Shown piece by piece: positions 55,519 to 64,000 of a stretch of 64,000 bases of DNA (position 1 is the stretch's first letter; each line of letters starts with the position of its first letter). The stretch covers positions 202,154 through 266,153 of IMG/VR virus record IMGVR_UViG_3300002092_001784, one strand, 5' to 3'. Under the pieces are notes generated by a model, which had not been told where the DNA came from, searched no databases, and saw nothing but the letters and a program-made list of their open reading frames with translations. A program made the position numbers and the translations under genes. Origin of the DNA: a virus (lineage: Duplodnaviria > Caudoviricetes).

Positions 55519-58194
55519 ATGCAATATATACAATTACAAGGGCAAGATGCAAATTCAGTAGGATTACCATTAGATGGTAGTTATAATCTATTCATAGATG
55601 TATCAGACAATTCTATTAAAGCAAAAGATGTCGATGGGCATATGCACGGCGGCGGTGGTTTATCATTAACCGAAATTACCAGAGAAGAAATACAAACTTT
55701 AGTAGATACTGCAAATTTAACACCGGGTGCATTTTATAAAATTACAAATGCGGCATCTCGTTCGTTTTTAGATACTAATAGTATTGGATATTATAACTGG
55801 AATAATGGTACATATTCCGGTGGTGGTAATGAAATTCAAGATGGTGGTACTACTGTTATTTTACAGGCTACTACTGATAAAACCTTATCCAAACGGGGTA
55901 TTGGTTTATTTTATGTTCCTAATTACGAAAATCCTAGTTTCCCAACTTTACCTCCCGATACAAATTATAAAACTTGGGATAAATTTCATAGAATATATCT
56001 TACAAATATAACTGGAAGATTTCAAAATGGCGAACCAATCTTATTAACTTCAATGGAAACATCCGCAACGGCTACGGGATATTTGCAAGGAAGTTGTTAT
56101 AATAGTGGTAGTAATGGGGCAATAACATTTCAATTAGTAAATGGTGATTCACATTTCTTTGATACTGCTGATAATTTGCTTGGATTGATTATTGATGGAG
56201 AAAACGCAGGAGCTAATGCAGGATTTGATGGTATTGATTATACATCTTCTTACAACCCCGGAGATTGTGTAATTTACGGAGGCAGAGTTTGGCAAAATCT
56301 TTCTGGTAGCATTGGATATTCCGATGGTGGATGGCCTGATGAAGAATTATATCTGAACCCAGAAGATTGGGAATTAGTTCCCTTTGATGAGGTACATTAT
56401 ACAATTCAAGCTCATACAATTGAATATGAATTTGAATACGATAATATCTCTTATAGAAATGATGGTGTAAATGAAGTATTTTCAGATTGGAAATGGTGGG
56501 ATAACGCTTGGGGATATAATATGATTAAATTCTTTCCTTGGGGACATACTCAAATAGAAAGAGTTAGTTTTTCAAATTCATACTTAAATCACTTTGTAAA
56601 CTTTCCACATGATTCATATGCATGGAACATTAAATTCGAAGATGAGGGTGGATTTAACGCACATAGTTGGGGACATCAAAGTGGTTTCTATGATATTCAG
56701 GGTGATAAAGGTGCACACTTTACAGGACACGATTTTGGTAGAGGTACTGACATTTATAATATTAAATTGGGAATTAACTCATATATGAGTGGTATAAACA
56801 CCAATGATAATGGGAATCAAGAGTGGTCTCAGATATATGAAGTAACTTTAGCAAACAATGCATACTTTGGTGATTTTACTATGTATTGGGGTTCTTACAT
56901 TGAATATGTGGAAATTGGTACTGAAGCTAATTACCAAAGTTTCACAATGTATGAATATTCAAGAATAAGAAATGTTAACTTAGACATTAATTCTTATTTT
57001 GGTGAGTATACCTTATGGAATGAAGCAGAAATAAAATATGTAAAAATAGGAATTAATTCTTGGATAGAATATTTTGATTTATATTATTCATCGTGCTTAA
57101 AAAGAACAACAATCGGAAGTGATGCATGGATATATAACTTTGAAGTTGGTATAAACTCATTCATTAGACAAGTAAATCTTTCCGAACGAGCATATATTGA
57201 AAATTTTACTATTGGTGATTATTCAAATTTACAAAACATTGATTTGGGTGCATATTCGTATATGCATGATTTCAATGGTGGGTACTCCACCGACTTCCAA
57301 AACATACGATTGGATGCAAGTGCAGGTGTTTGGGGTATTCAATTAGGATATGATGGTGGATTTAGTGAAATACAAATAGCCCCGAATAGTTCATTATATA
57401 ACATATATGCGGGTGGGTATAGTGGAGGATTTACTTCATCGTATATCAGTGGTATTACTATTGAACCTCATTCTGTTATTGGTAGTATTGCATTGGGTAG
57501 TTATTCATCGTTCCAAAACATTTATTTAGGAACTGATGTGGGTGTTGGCAATATCACTTTAGAAGAAAGTTCTAATATGGGTGATATTAATGTAATGGGT
57601 GATACTGAATTTGGTAGTATATTAATAGCTAGCGGTTCTGAGATTACTAATTTACAACTCGGATTTAACGCTGGTATTGGTCAGTTGATTATAACAGGTT
57701 CTGCCACCTTAAATAACTTTGAAATTGGAAATGGTCAAGGATTTAGTGATATGACAATCGATTCATCGATTTCAAATGTTACAATGAATAGAACATTAAA
57801 TAACTTCCAAGTAAACACTCCGATAATGGGCACTACCGGTTCATTGAGTTGGGCAGATAGTAAGACAAGTTTGGATGGTAATAAATCATTCTATATATTA
57901 AATACTACCGATTGGGATGCATCTGCTACGGGTCTAAATTATTATTTACCTGATGGAACTTTTGATGGACAGACTGCTAAATTTTTTCACACAAATGGAG
58001 GAACTAATTTAGGTGGAAATTATATTGGAAACCTTACTATATGGTTGCATATGACTGATGCTACTAATTTTGATAGTGCTGGCGATTATCCTTGGTATCC
58101 ATTTGTTGACCAAAACGGTACGCCAAGAGTAGATATTCCAACCACAATTTGGTTAGATGGAAAATGGATAATTGATAATAGTGTTTATAATTAA
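55519..58194 (+). CDS. Virion protein with long 11-residue beta-solenoid repeat
   Basis: About 27 11-mers between 56830 and 57771 (e.g. EIKYVKIGINS, WIYNFEVGINS). Confidence 0.7.
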   Translation: MQYIQLQGQDANSVGLPLDGSYNLFIDVSDNSIKAKDVDGHMHGGGGLSLTEITREEIQTLVDTANLTPGAFYKITNAASRSFLDTNSIGYYNWNNGTYSGGGNEIQDGGTTVILQATTDKTLSKRGIGLFYVPNYENPSFPTLPPDTNYKTWDKFHRIYLTNITGRFQNGEPILLTSMETSATATGYLQGSCYNSGSNGAITFQLVNGDSHFFDTADNLLGLIIDGENAGANAGFDGIDYTSSYNPGDCVIYGGRVWQNLSGSIGYSDGGWPDEELYLNPEDWELVPFDEVHYTIQAHTIEYEFEYDNISYRNDGVNEVFSDWKWWDNAWGYNMIKFFPWGHTQIERVSFSNSYLNHFVNFPHDSYAWNIKFEDEGGFNAHSWGHQSGFYDIQGDKGAHFTGHDFGRGTDIYNIKLGINSYMSGINTNDNGNQEWSQIYEVTLANNAYFGDFTMYWGSYIEYVEIGTEANYQSFTMYEYSRIRNVNLDINSYFGEYTLWNEAEIKYVKIGINSWIEYFDLYYSSCLKRTTIGSDAWIYNFEVGINSFIRQVNLSERAYIENFTIGDYSNLQNIDLGAYSYMHDFNGGYSTDFQNIRLDASAGVWGIQLGYDGGFSEIQIAPNSSLYNIYAGGYSGGFTSSYISGITIEPHSVIGSIALGSYSSFQNIYLGTDVGVGNITLEESSNMGDINVMGDTEFGSILIASGSEITNLQLGFNAGIGQLIITGSATLNNFEIGNGQGFSDMTIDSSISNVTMNRTLNNFQVNTPIMGTTGSLSWADSKTSLDGNKSFYILNTTDWDASATGLNYYLPDGTFDGQTAKFFHTNGGTNLGGNYIGNLTIWLHMTDATNFDSAGDYPWYPFVDQNGTPRVDIPTTIWLDGKWIIDNSVYN

Positions 58195-58213
58195 TAAATA
58201 AAATAAGAATAAG

Positions 58214-58477
58214 ATGGTAAAAACATACACAAACCCAGACCCAAAGAGAAACAATACAGGTTTAGTTGTAACATTTGAAGGTGTAACTCCACCAAAAGCA
58301 AATATTACGATTGAATCGTTTAGTGATAATCCAATATCGAAAGTAGTATTGGCACGAACTAATGATGGTATGTATACTTTATGGGTAGATGCGGCTTATG
58401 ATACAATCGGAGATTGGACATCGGATCAGGCAATAGCAAGAGTTAAAGAATTGGCATTAGCAGGTAAGAAAAAATAA
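58214..58477 (+). CDS. Small hypothetical protein
   Basis: 87-aa ORF within the fibre operon. Confidence 0.6.
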   Translation: MVKTYTNPDPKRNNTGLVVTFEGVTPPKANITIESFSDNPISKVVLARTNDGMYTLWVDAAYDTIGDWTSDQAIARVKELALAGKKK

Positions 58478-58486
58478 TAACCAACA

Positions 58487-60562
58487 ATGTTTGAAAGCAA
58501 AATAAATAGAGGTAGACTAAATGGTTATGCTCCATTGGATAGTGGTAGTAAAGTTCCACTAATTCATTTACCGGATATATTTAACGTAGCTGGTACATCG
58601 GGTACTTCTGGTAGAGATGGTTCTCAAGGAAGTAGTGGAGCAAGCGGTACGGGTGGGACTTCCGGTACTTCTGGAATTTCTGCTTTTGATGGTGTTGATA
58701 CCGGCTCATTTGCAACTACGGGTTCAAATCAATTTAATGGAAATCAATCTATAAGTGGTTCTCTAATCGTATCATCTACCGTTATCAACAACGCAGAAGT
58801 CTATTTAACTGGAAGTGATCTAATGATAGATAGCGGTTCATTGATAATAACAGGTTCGCTAATCCTAACAGGCTCTTTTATCACATCGTTGCCAGATGGA
58901 TATATGTGGGTGGGTGGAAATGATAATACCAATCAAATTATACCAACTTCATCACTTATAGTTGATGGTAATGGAACTTCGGGTACAAGTGGAATTTCTG
59001 GGACAAACGGTATAAATGGGGTTTCAAACAATTTCTTTTTATATAAAGCAAATACAGTATCGCAATCGGGAGAACCGGGGACAACATACATTGCTTGGGA
59101 TAATATTGAACAAACAGGTTCGGCAAATTTAATAATTAGCCATCTTACAAATACCGGTGTGGATATTGATATATTTTTATCACTATTACAATCCACACAA
59201 CAAATAACAATACAAGACCAAAACGATTCAAATAATTATCAAATATGGGATATAACAGATGCCCCGATGGAAACTTCTGTTAATAATTATTGGACTGTAC
59301 CAGTAACTATAATAAGCGCAGCTGGAACTGGTGCATCTAACTTTGATAATGAACACGAGATATTTTTATCTATAATATCACCATCTGGTACATCTGGTTC
59401 AAGCGGAAGTAGTGGTGTGTCGGGTTCTAACGGATCATCTGGAAGTAGTGGTGTGTCGGGTTCTAACGGATCATCGGGAAGTAGTGGTGTATCGGCAACG
59501 AACGGATCATCGGGAAGTAGTGGTACGTCGGGATCAAGCGGAAGTAGTGGTACGTCGGGATCAAGCGGAAGTAGTGGTACATCGGGATCAAGCGGAAGTA
59601 GTGGTACATCGGCATCAAGCGGAAGTAGCGGAACATCGGGATCAAGCGGAAGTAGTGGTGTATCGGCAACGAACGGATCATCGGGAAGTAGTGGAACATC
59701 TGCTACCAACGGTTCAAGCGGAAGTAGTGGAACATCTGGCTCTACAATAAATTATAAAGGTACATCTACGGATTCGATAAATCTTTCCACTTTGGTATTG
59801 GGTACTAATAAATCATTAACAACTTCTATTGGACTATCATATAGTATTGCCCAACATCTAATCATAGCAAATAGTAATCAATATCATTTTCACGGAGATG
59901 TGGTATCATATAATGTAAATACCGGCGTATTAGTGGTTAATGTAACTAACATAAATGATACCTCAAATATTACATTAACAAGTTGGACAACCAATTTAGA
60001 TGGTGCCGCTGGTGGAGATGGTACATCAGGTAGTAGTGGTTCTAGTGGTACTTCTGGGTTATTAACATTAGCAGGTACTACTGATAATGGAATTATAACT
60101 TTGAATGGAAGTAGTCCAAACGGAACTGTGGAAAGCAATTTGAACTTTGATGGTTCTACCTTAAAAGTAACTGGTTCTGTAATTATAAGTGGTTCAATGG
60201 TAATTCAAGGTGTTACGGAAAAAGTTGAAGTGAGAAGAGCTTTAGGTAGCGGAACGAATGTATTTGATTACAATAGTGGTTCAGTACAATACATAAATCA
60301 ACCAACCGCAAATAGTACTTGGAATATTACCAATGTACCTACTACGGAAGGAAGTGTGACAACATTTACGATTGTAGTATTGCAAGGTTCAACTGGGTAT
60401 TCGGCATCCGCGTGGCAATTAAATGGTTCTGGCGTAACTCCAAAATGGCCTGATGGAATATACCTAACAGGTTCAGCAAATATTACCGATGCGTTTGGTA
60501 TAACTGCATTTAGAAGTGGTTCTACTTGGAATGTACTTAATTCATTAACACATTTCTATTAA
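58487..60562 (+). CDS. Fibre protein with Ser/Thr-rich Gly-X-Y repeats
   Basis: GYAPLDSGSKVP N-terminus, about 120 residues of G-S/T-S at 59387-59740, beta-rich C-terminal domain. Confidence 0.75.
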   Translation: MFESKINRGRLNGYAPLDSGSKVPLIHLPDIFNVAGTSGTSGRDGSQGSSGASGTGGTSGTSGISAFDGVDTGSFATTGSNQFNGNQSISGSLIVSSTVINNAEVYLTGSDLMIDSGSLIITGSLILTGSFITSLPDGYMWVGGNDNTNQIIPTSSLIVDGNGTSGTSGISGTNGINGVSNNFFLYKANTVSQSGEPGTTYIAWDNIEQTGSANLIISHLTNTGVDIDIFLSLLQSTQQITIQDQNDSNNYQIWDITDAPMETSVNNYWTVPVTIISAAGTGASNFDNEHEIFLSIISPSGTSGSSGSSGVSGSNGSSGSSGVSGSNGSSGSSGVSATNGSSGSSGTSGSSGSSGTSGSSGSSGTSGSSGSSGTSASSGSSGTSGSSGSSGVSATNGSSGSSGTSATNGSSGSSGTSGSTINYKGTSTDSINLSTLVLGTNKSLTTSIGLSYSIAQHLIIANSNQYHFHGDVVSYNVNTGVLVVNVTNINDTSNITLTSWTTNLDGAAGGDGTSGSSGSSGTSGLLTLAGTTDNGIITLNGSSPNGTVESNLNFDGSTLKVTGSVIISGSMVIQGVTEKVEVRRALGSGTNVFDYNSGSVQYINQPTANSTWNITNVPTTEGSVTTFTIVVLQGSTGYSASAWQLNGSGVTPKWPDGIYLTGSANITDAFGITAFRSGSTWNVLNSLTHFY

Positions 60563-61359
60563 TGATTAGTAAGGTAACAACTCATTTGAATAGATATAAT
60601 CCGTTTCTTTGGGGACCTACGGGGCATGGTTCAAATTTAGGAGTTGCTCCGGTTGTAACTGACCCTTCACTTACTGTTTGGTTTGATGCGGTAAACTCAA
60701 CGTATTCACCATCAAATCCAACAACTGGAACTAGTCTTACGGCGTGGGGTGATAAATCATCGGCAGCACACGATGCAAATACAAGTGGAAATACAACCGT
60801 TCAACCGAAATATCAAACAAATATTCAAAATGGATTGCCAAATATTTATTTTGATGGTGTAAATGATTTATTTACAGTAAATCCGTTTGGAACTATGCAA
60901 AGTTTGAATGGTTATACCTATTTTATTGTTGGTAAAACATCCATAACAACACAGCAAGTTATTACTGTTATGAAAGCAAATAGTGGTGGCGACGTTAGAG
61001 AATTGTATTTGTCGGTAAATGCAAGTGGTAAATGGGCAGTTGGTGCTGGTACTGGTTTGGCTAGTTCGGCAACAGTAGATACTAACTATCATATTCATAC
61101 CATTGTTTATGATGGTACATTGGGTGGTAATACAAGATTAAGACACAGACTTGATGGGGTGGAGCAAGCGTTAACATTTTCAAACACACCAACATCCCTT
61201 TCAACTACAAATACTACATATCTATACATTGGTACAGATACTTCTGGTAACAATGATTTTAATGGTTATTTAGGTGATGTTGCAATTTATACAAAAACTT
61301 TAGCAGATGCTGATATACAAAATGTAGAGAAGTATTTCAAAAACAAATGGGCTATTTAA
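60562..61359 (+). CDS. LamG/concanavalin-A-like lectin domain virion protein
   Basis: VWFDA...WGDKS...IYFDG...YIG...FNGYLGDVAIY...L...VEKYFKNKW. Confidence 0.75.
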   Translation: MISKVTTHLNRYNPFLWGPTGHGSNLGVAPVVTDPSLTVWFDAVNSTYSPSNPTTGTSLTAWGDKSSAAHDANTSGNTTVQPKYQTNIQNGLPNIYFDGVNDLFTVNPFGTMQSLNGYTYFIVGKTSITTQQVITVMKANSGGDVRELYLSVNASGKWAVGAGTGLASSATVDTNYHIHTIVYDGTLGGNTRLRHRLDGVEQALTFSNTPTSLSTTNTTYLYIGTDTSGNNDFNGYLGDVAIYTKTLADADIQNVEKYFKNKWAI

Positions 61360-61383
61360 TATTATTTTATAATAAAAACAAAT

Positions 61384-62181
61384 ATGTCAATTACATTTAC
61401 AAACGGATTTACAATTACATCAAAACCAAAAGATGGTACAACTACGGAAAGAGCAGGTATATCCGCATATCAAATAAAACAGCAGTATCCCGCATCAACC
61501 GATGGTTTGTATTGGATTAAAAACTCAAATATAAACGATAATATTCCATTTCAAATTTACGCAGATATGACAACCGCAGGTGGTGGTTGGACATTATTAA
61601 TGCAAAATAACTATAATGGTAATACTTGGAATGAAACTAATGGTATTCTGAAGAATGAAACAACGCCACCAATGGCATTGCAAACTGGAATTGGTATTGA
61701 TGATACTAATAATTACAGTATCATCCAATGGGCAGACTATATAAAAAGTTCACCATCCGGCTTTCAATATATGTTAGAAGCCAATAGTAGAGGACATTAT
61801 GGTGGAATTTGGCAAGCAAATGAAGAATATAGTTTTACAGGTTCTGTTGATTTGATACAGTACTTGTCATCGGGTTCTGCTTATTTTGGAACAGATGTGA
61901 TAGCCGGTTCAGATGGTTTTAGACAAAATATAACAGAAATACAAAAATTTCCCACAAATACTGGAACTTGGAACTATGATAATAATGGGTTAGAACATAG
62001 AATGCCTTGGTATTCACATCGTTCAAATTTTTATATTGGTAACGCAATTATTACTACAACTCACGATGATAACAACAGTTGGTGGGGAACTTTAATTACT
62101 GATAATGGTTGGAGTCCAACACCTTGGCAATATGATGCGGGTATGGCTGATCCGGGTATTGTTTGGTATTGGGTACGGTAA
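61384..62181 (+). CDS. Fibrinogen C-terminal/intelectin-like domain protein
   Basis: SAYQIK...DGLYWI...QIYADMTTAGGGWTLLM...WYWVR. Confidence 0.7.
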   Translation: MSITFTNGFTITSKPKDGTTTERAGISAYQIKQQYPASTDGLYWIKNSNINDNIPFQIYADMTTAGGGWTLLMQNNYNGNTWNETNGILKNETTPPMALQTGIGIDDTNNYSIIQWADYIKSSPSGFQYMLEANSRGHYGGIWQANEEYSFTGSVDLIQYLSSGSAYFGTDVIAGSDGFRQNITEIQKFPTNTGTWNYDNNGLEHRMPWYSHRSNFYIGNAIITTTHDDNNSWWGTLITDNGWSPTPWQYDAGMADPGIVWYWVR

Positions 62182-62306
62182 TATAAATTTGATCTCATTA
62201 CTAATGCCGACATATTAATTTTTAATATTCAAAATCGTATTCTTTATCTTTTTAATATTTATAACTATAATAGGTTTTTCAAAATATCTATAAAAAATAA
62301 ACAAAA

Positions 62307-64000
62307 ATGGCATTAGTATTTCCAGCATCACCTCATACCGGACAAACATATCAAAGTGGTAGTAGTAATACCTATGAATGGACCGGCACATATTGGAAAA
62401 TACAAAATATAACTTCAGCTAATTTCGTAACAACTGCTGTATTTAATGAGTTTTCATCATCAGTGGTAAGTGGTACATTTGGTACTAGCGGTACTTCGGG
62501 TTATAATGGAAGTGTAGGCAGTAGTGGAAGTGCTGGTACTAGCGGTACTTCGGGAAGTAGTGGAACATCATCTACTAGCGGTAGTCACGGTACAAGCGGA
62601 AGTAGTGGTGTATCCGGCACACAGGGTGTATCTGGTTCAAACGGAAGTAGCGGTTCATCGGGAACTAGCGCAACGAATGGTACTGGCGGAACTAGCGGAA
62701 CTCGTGGTAGTGGTGGGACATCGGGCTCAAGCGGAAGTAGTGGTACATCTGCTACCAACGGAACAGCAGGTAGCGGTGGTTCTTCGGGAACTAGCGGAAC
62801 TCGTGGTAGTGGCGGTTCTTCGGGAACTAGCGGAACTCGTGGTAGTGGTGGAACATCGGGTTCTAGCGGAAGTAGTGGTACATCCGCTACCAACGGTTCA
62901 CATGGAAGTAGTGGAACATCGGGTTCAAGCGGAAGTAGTGGTACATCGGCTACCAGCGCAACTGCAGGTAGTAGCGGTACATCTGGGACTAGCGGAACGC
63001 ATGGAAGTAGTGGAACATCAGGTTCAAGCGGTAGTAGCGCAACATCCGGCTCAAGTGGAAGTAGTGGTACATCTGCTACCAACGGAACAGCGGGTAGTGG
63101 TGGTTCGAGTGGAAGTAGTGGAACATCAGGTTCAAAAGGAAGTAGTGGAACATCGGGTTCTAGTGGAAGTAGCGGCACATCAGCTACCAACGGTTCGCAC
63201 GGAAGTAGTGGTACATCGGGTTCGAACGGAAGTAGTGGAACATCTGCTACCAACGGAACGGCAGGTAGTGGTGGTTCATCGGGAACATCTGGATCAAAAG
63301 GAACTTCGGGTTCTAGCGGAAGTAGTGGAACCTCGGGTTCTAGCGGAAGTAGTGGAACATCTGCTACCAACGGATCATCGGGAAGTAGTGGAACATCGGG
63401 TTCAAAAGGAAGTAGTGGAACTTCGGGTTCAAGCGGAAGTAGTGGTACATCGGCTACCAACGGTTCTTCGGGAAGTAGCGGAACTTCAGGTTCAAGAGGA
63501 AGTGGAGGAACATCAGGATCATCCGGAAGTAGTGGAACATCGGCAACGAATGGTTCAAATGGAAGTAGTGGAACTTCGGGTTTATCGGGAAGTAAAGGAA
63601 CTTCGGGATCATCGGGAAGTAGTGGTACATCTGCTACTAACGGTTCGCATGGAAGTAGTGGAACATCCGCTACCAACGGAACGGCAGGTAGCGGTGGTTC
63701 ATCGGGAACTTCGGGTTCATATGGAAGTAGTGGAACTAGCGGAAGTAGTGGTACATCTGCTACGAACGGAACTGCCGGAAGTAGTGGAACTTCGGGTTCA
63801 AGCGGAAGTAGCGGTACATCTGCTACCAACGGATCGTCTGGAAGTAGTGGTACAACGGGATTGGATGGTACAAATGGAACATCGGGATCATCGGGAAGTA
63901 GTGGTACATCTGCTACTAACGGATCATCGGGAAGTAGTGGTACATCTGCTACTAACGGATCATCGGGAAGTAGCGGTACATCTGCTACCAACGGGTCATC
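62307..64000 (+). CDS. Very long Ser/Thr-rich Gly-X-Y fibre protein, runs off the window (absent from the ORF track)
   Basis: Hand translation gives MALVFPASPHTGQTYQSGSSNTYEWTGTYWK... then G-X-Y repeats from 62472 with no stop seen to 64000. A late motif lies at 62255. Confidence 0.88.
   Translation, partial: MALVFPASPHTGQTYQSGSSNTYEWTGTYWKIQNITSANFVTTAVFNEFSSSVVSGTFGTSGTSGYNGSVGSSGSAGTSGTSGSSGTSSTSGSHGTSGSSGVSGTQGVSGSNGSSGSSGTSATNGTGGTSGTRGSGGTSGSSGSSGTSATNGTAGSGGSSGTSGTRGSGGSSGTSGTRGSGGTSGSSGSSGTSATNGSHGSSGTSGSSGSSGTSATSATAGSSGTSGTSGTHGSSGTSGSSGSSATSGSSGSSGTSATNGTAGSGGSSGSSGTSGSKGSSGTSGSSGSSGTSATNGSHGSSGTSGSNGSSGTSATNGTAGSGGSSGTSGSKGTSGSSGSSGTSGSSGSSGTSATNGSSGSSGTSGSKGSSGTSGSSGSSGTSATNGSSGSSGTSGSRGSGGTSGSSGSSGTSATNGSNGSSGTSGLSGSKGTSGSSGSSGTSATNGSHGSSGTSATNGTAGSGGSSGTSGSYGSSGTSGSSGTSATNGTAGSSGTSGSSGSSGTSATNGSSGSSGTTGLDGTNGTSGSSGSSGTSATNGSSGSSGTSATNGSSGSSGTSATNGS
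62472..64000 (+). repeat. Degenerate 9-nt-based coding tandem repeat (GGAAGTAGT/GGTACATCG/GCTACCAAC units)
   Basis: Direct reading shows units encoding GSS, GTS and ATN. Confidence 0.9.

Larger units (their letters stand above)
3512..62263 (+). promoter_or_regulatory. Dispersed putative phage late promoter ATATTTATW (18 intergenic copies)
   Basis: TATTTAT starts at 3513, 4268, 6201, 7099, 8085, 13349, 23825, 28675, 32201, 37880, 38821, 41148, 43436, 50094, 50669, 53705, 54290 and 62256, each preceded by A and upstream of a plus-strand start. Confidence 0.8.

Noticed and set aside
59287-59750. Overlapping alternative-frame ORFs (140, 112 and 78 aa)
   Set aside because: They are low-complexity by-products of the Gly-X-Y repeat in 58487..60562.
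62585-63991. 468-aa minus-strand ORF of VPLLPDDP repeats
   Set aside because: It is the antisense shadow of the GSS/GTS coding repeat. The plus strand has the start context, late motif and a sensible N-terminal domain.
62472-64000. Possible CRISPR array or non-coding satellite
   Set aside because: There are no fixed repeats with unique spacers. The units are in-frame codon repeats with synonymous variation.
1-64000. tRNA, rRNA, integrase, transposase, reverse transcriptase or DGR elements
   Set aside because: None was recognisable by eye and intergenic gaps are short. tRNAscan-SE and Infernal would be needed to exclude small RNAs.

Overview
A 64-kb, AT-rich, almost entirely plus-strand segment of a large T4-like (myovirus-type) phage genome using the standard code. 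Host-type promoters (TTTG-N20-TAnnTTTG) and A-rich, mostly SD-less starts point to a Bacteroidota host. Gene order: baseplate/tail genes with two free-standing endonuclease genes, primase and a fused gp47-gp46 nuclease, a 3477-aa tail fibre, a glycosylation operon, a huge multi-enzyme locus split by a GIY-YIG gene, terminase, portal, an array of small head proteins, prohead protease, scaffold, major capsid protein, and fibre/lectin genes with Ser/Thr-rich Gly-X-Y repeats. Three candidate systems stand out, all inferred from motifs without database searches. (1) Head-packaged polyproteins whose modules are separated by [ILV]-x-E linkers of the kind cut by T4 gp21-type prohead protease. The cargo includes an NMNAT-like domain, three ART-like repeats, a complete tRNA-repair set (CCA enzyme, HD, PNK-like kinase, RNA-ligase-like domain) and an Ntn-hydrolase whose catalytic Cys directly follows such a site. 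(2) A CCA-adding enzyme split into two genes by a homing endonuclease with no visible intron. (3) An Aah/TibC-type protein O-heptosyltransferase with ADP-heptose enzymes and plausible virion substrates. An intergenic ATATTTATW motif, the reverse complement of the T4 late box, precedes 18 late genes.
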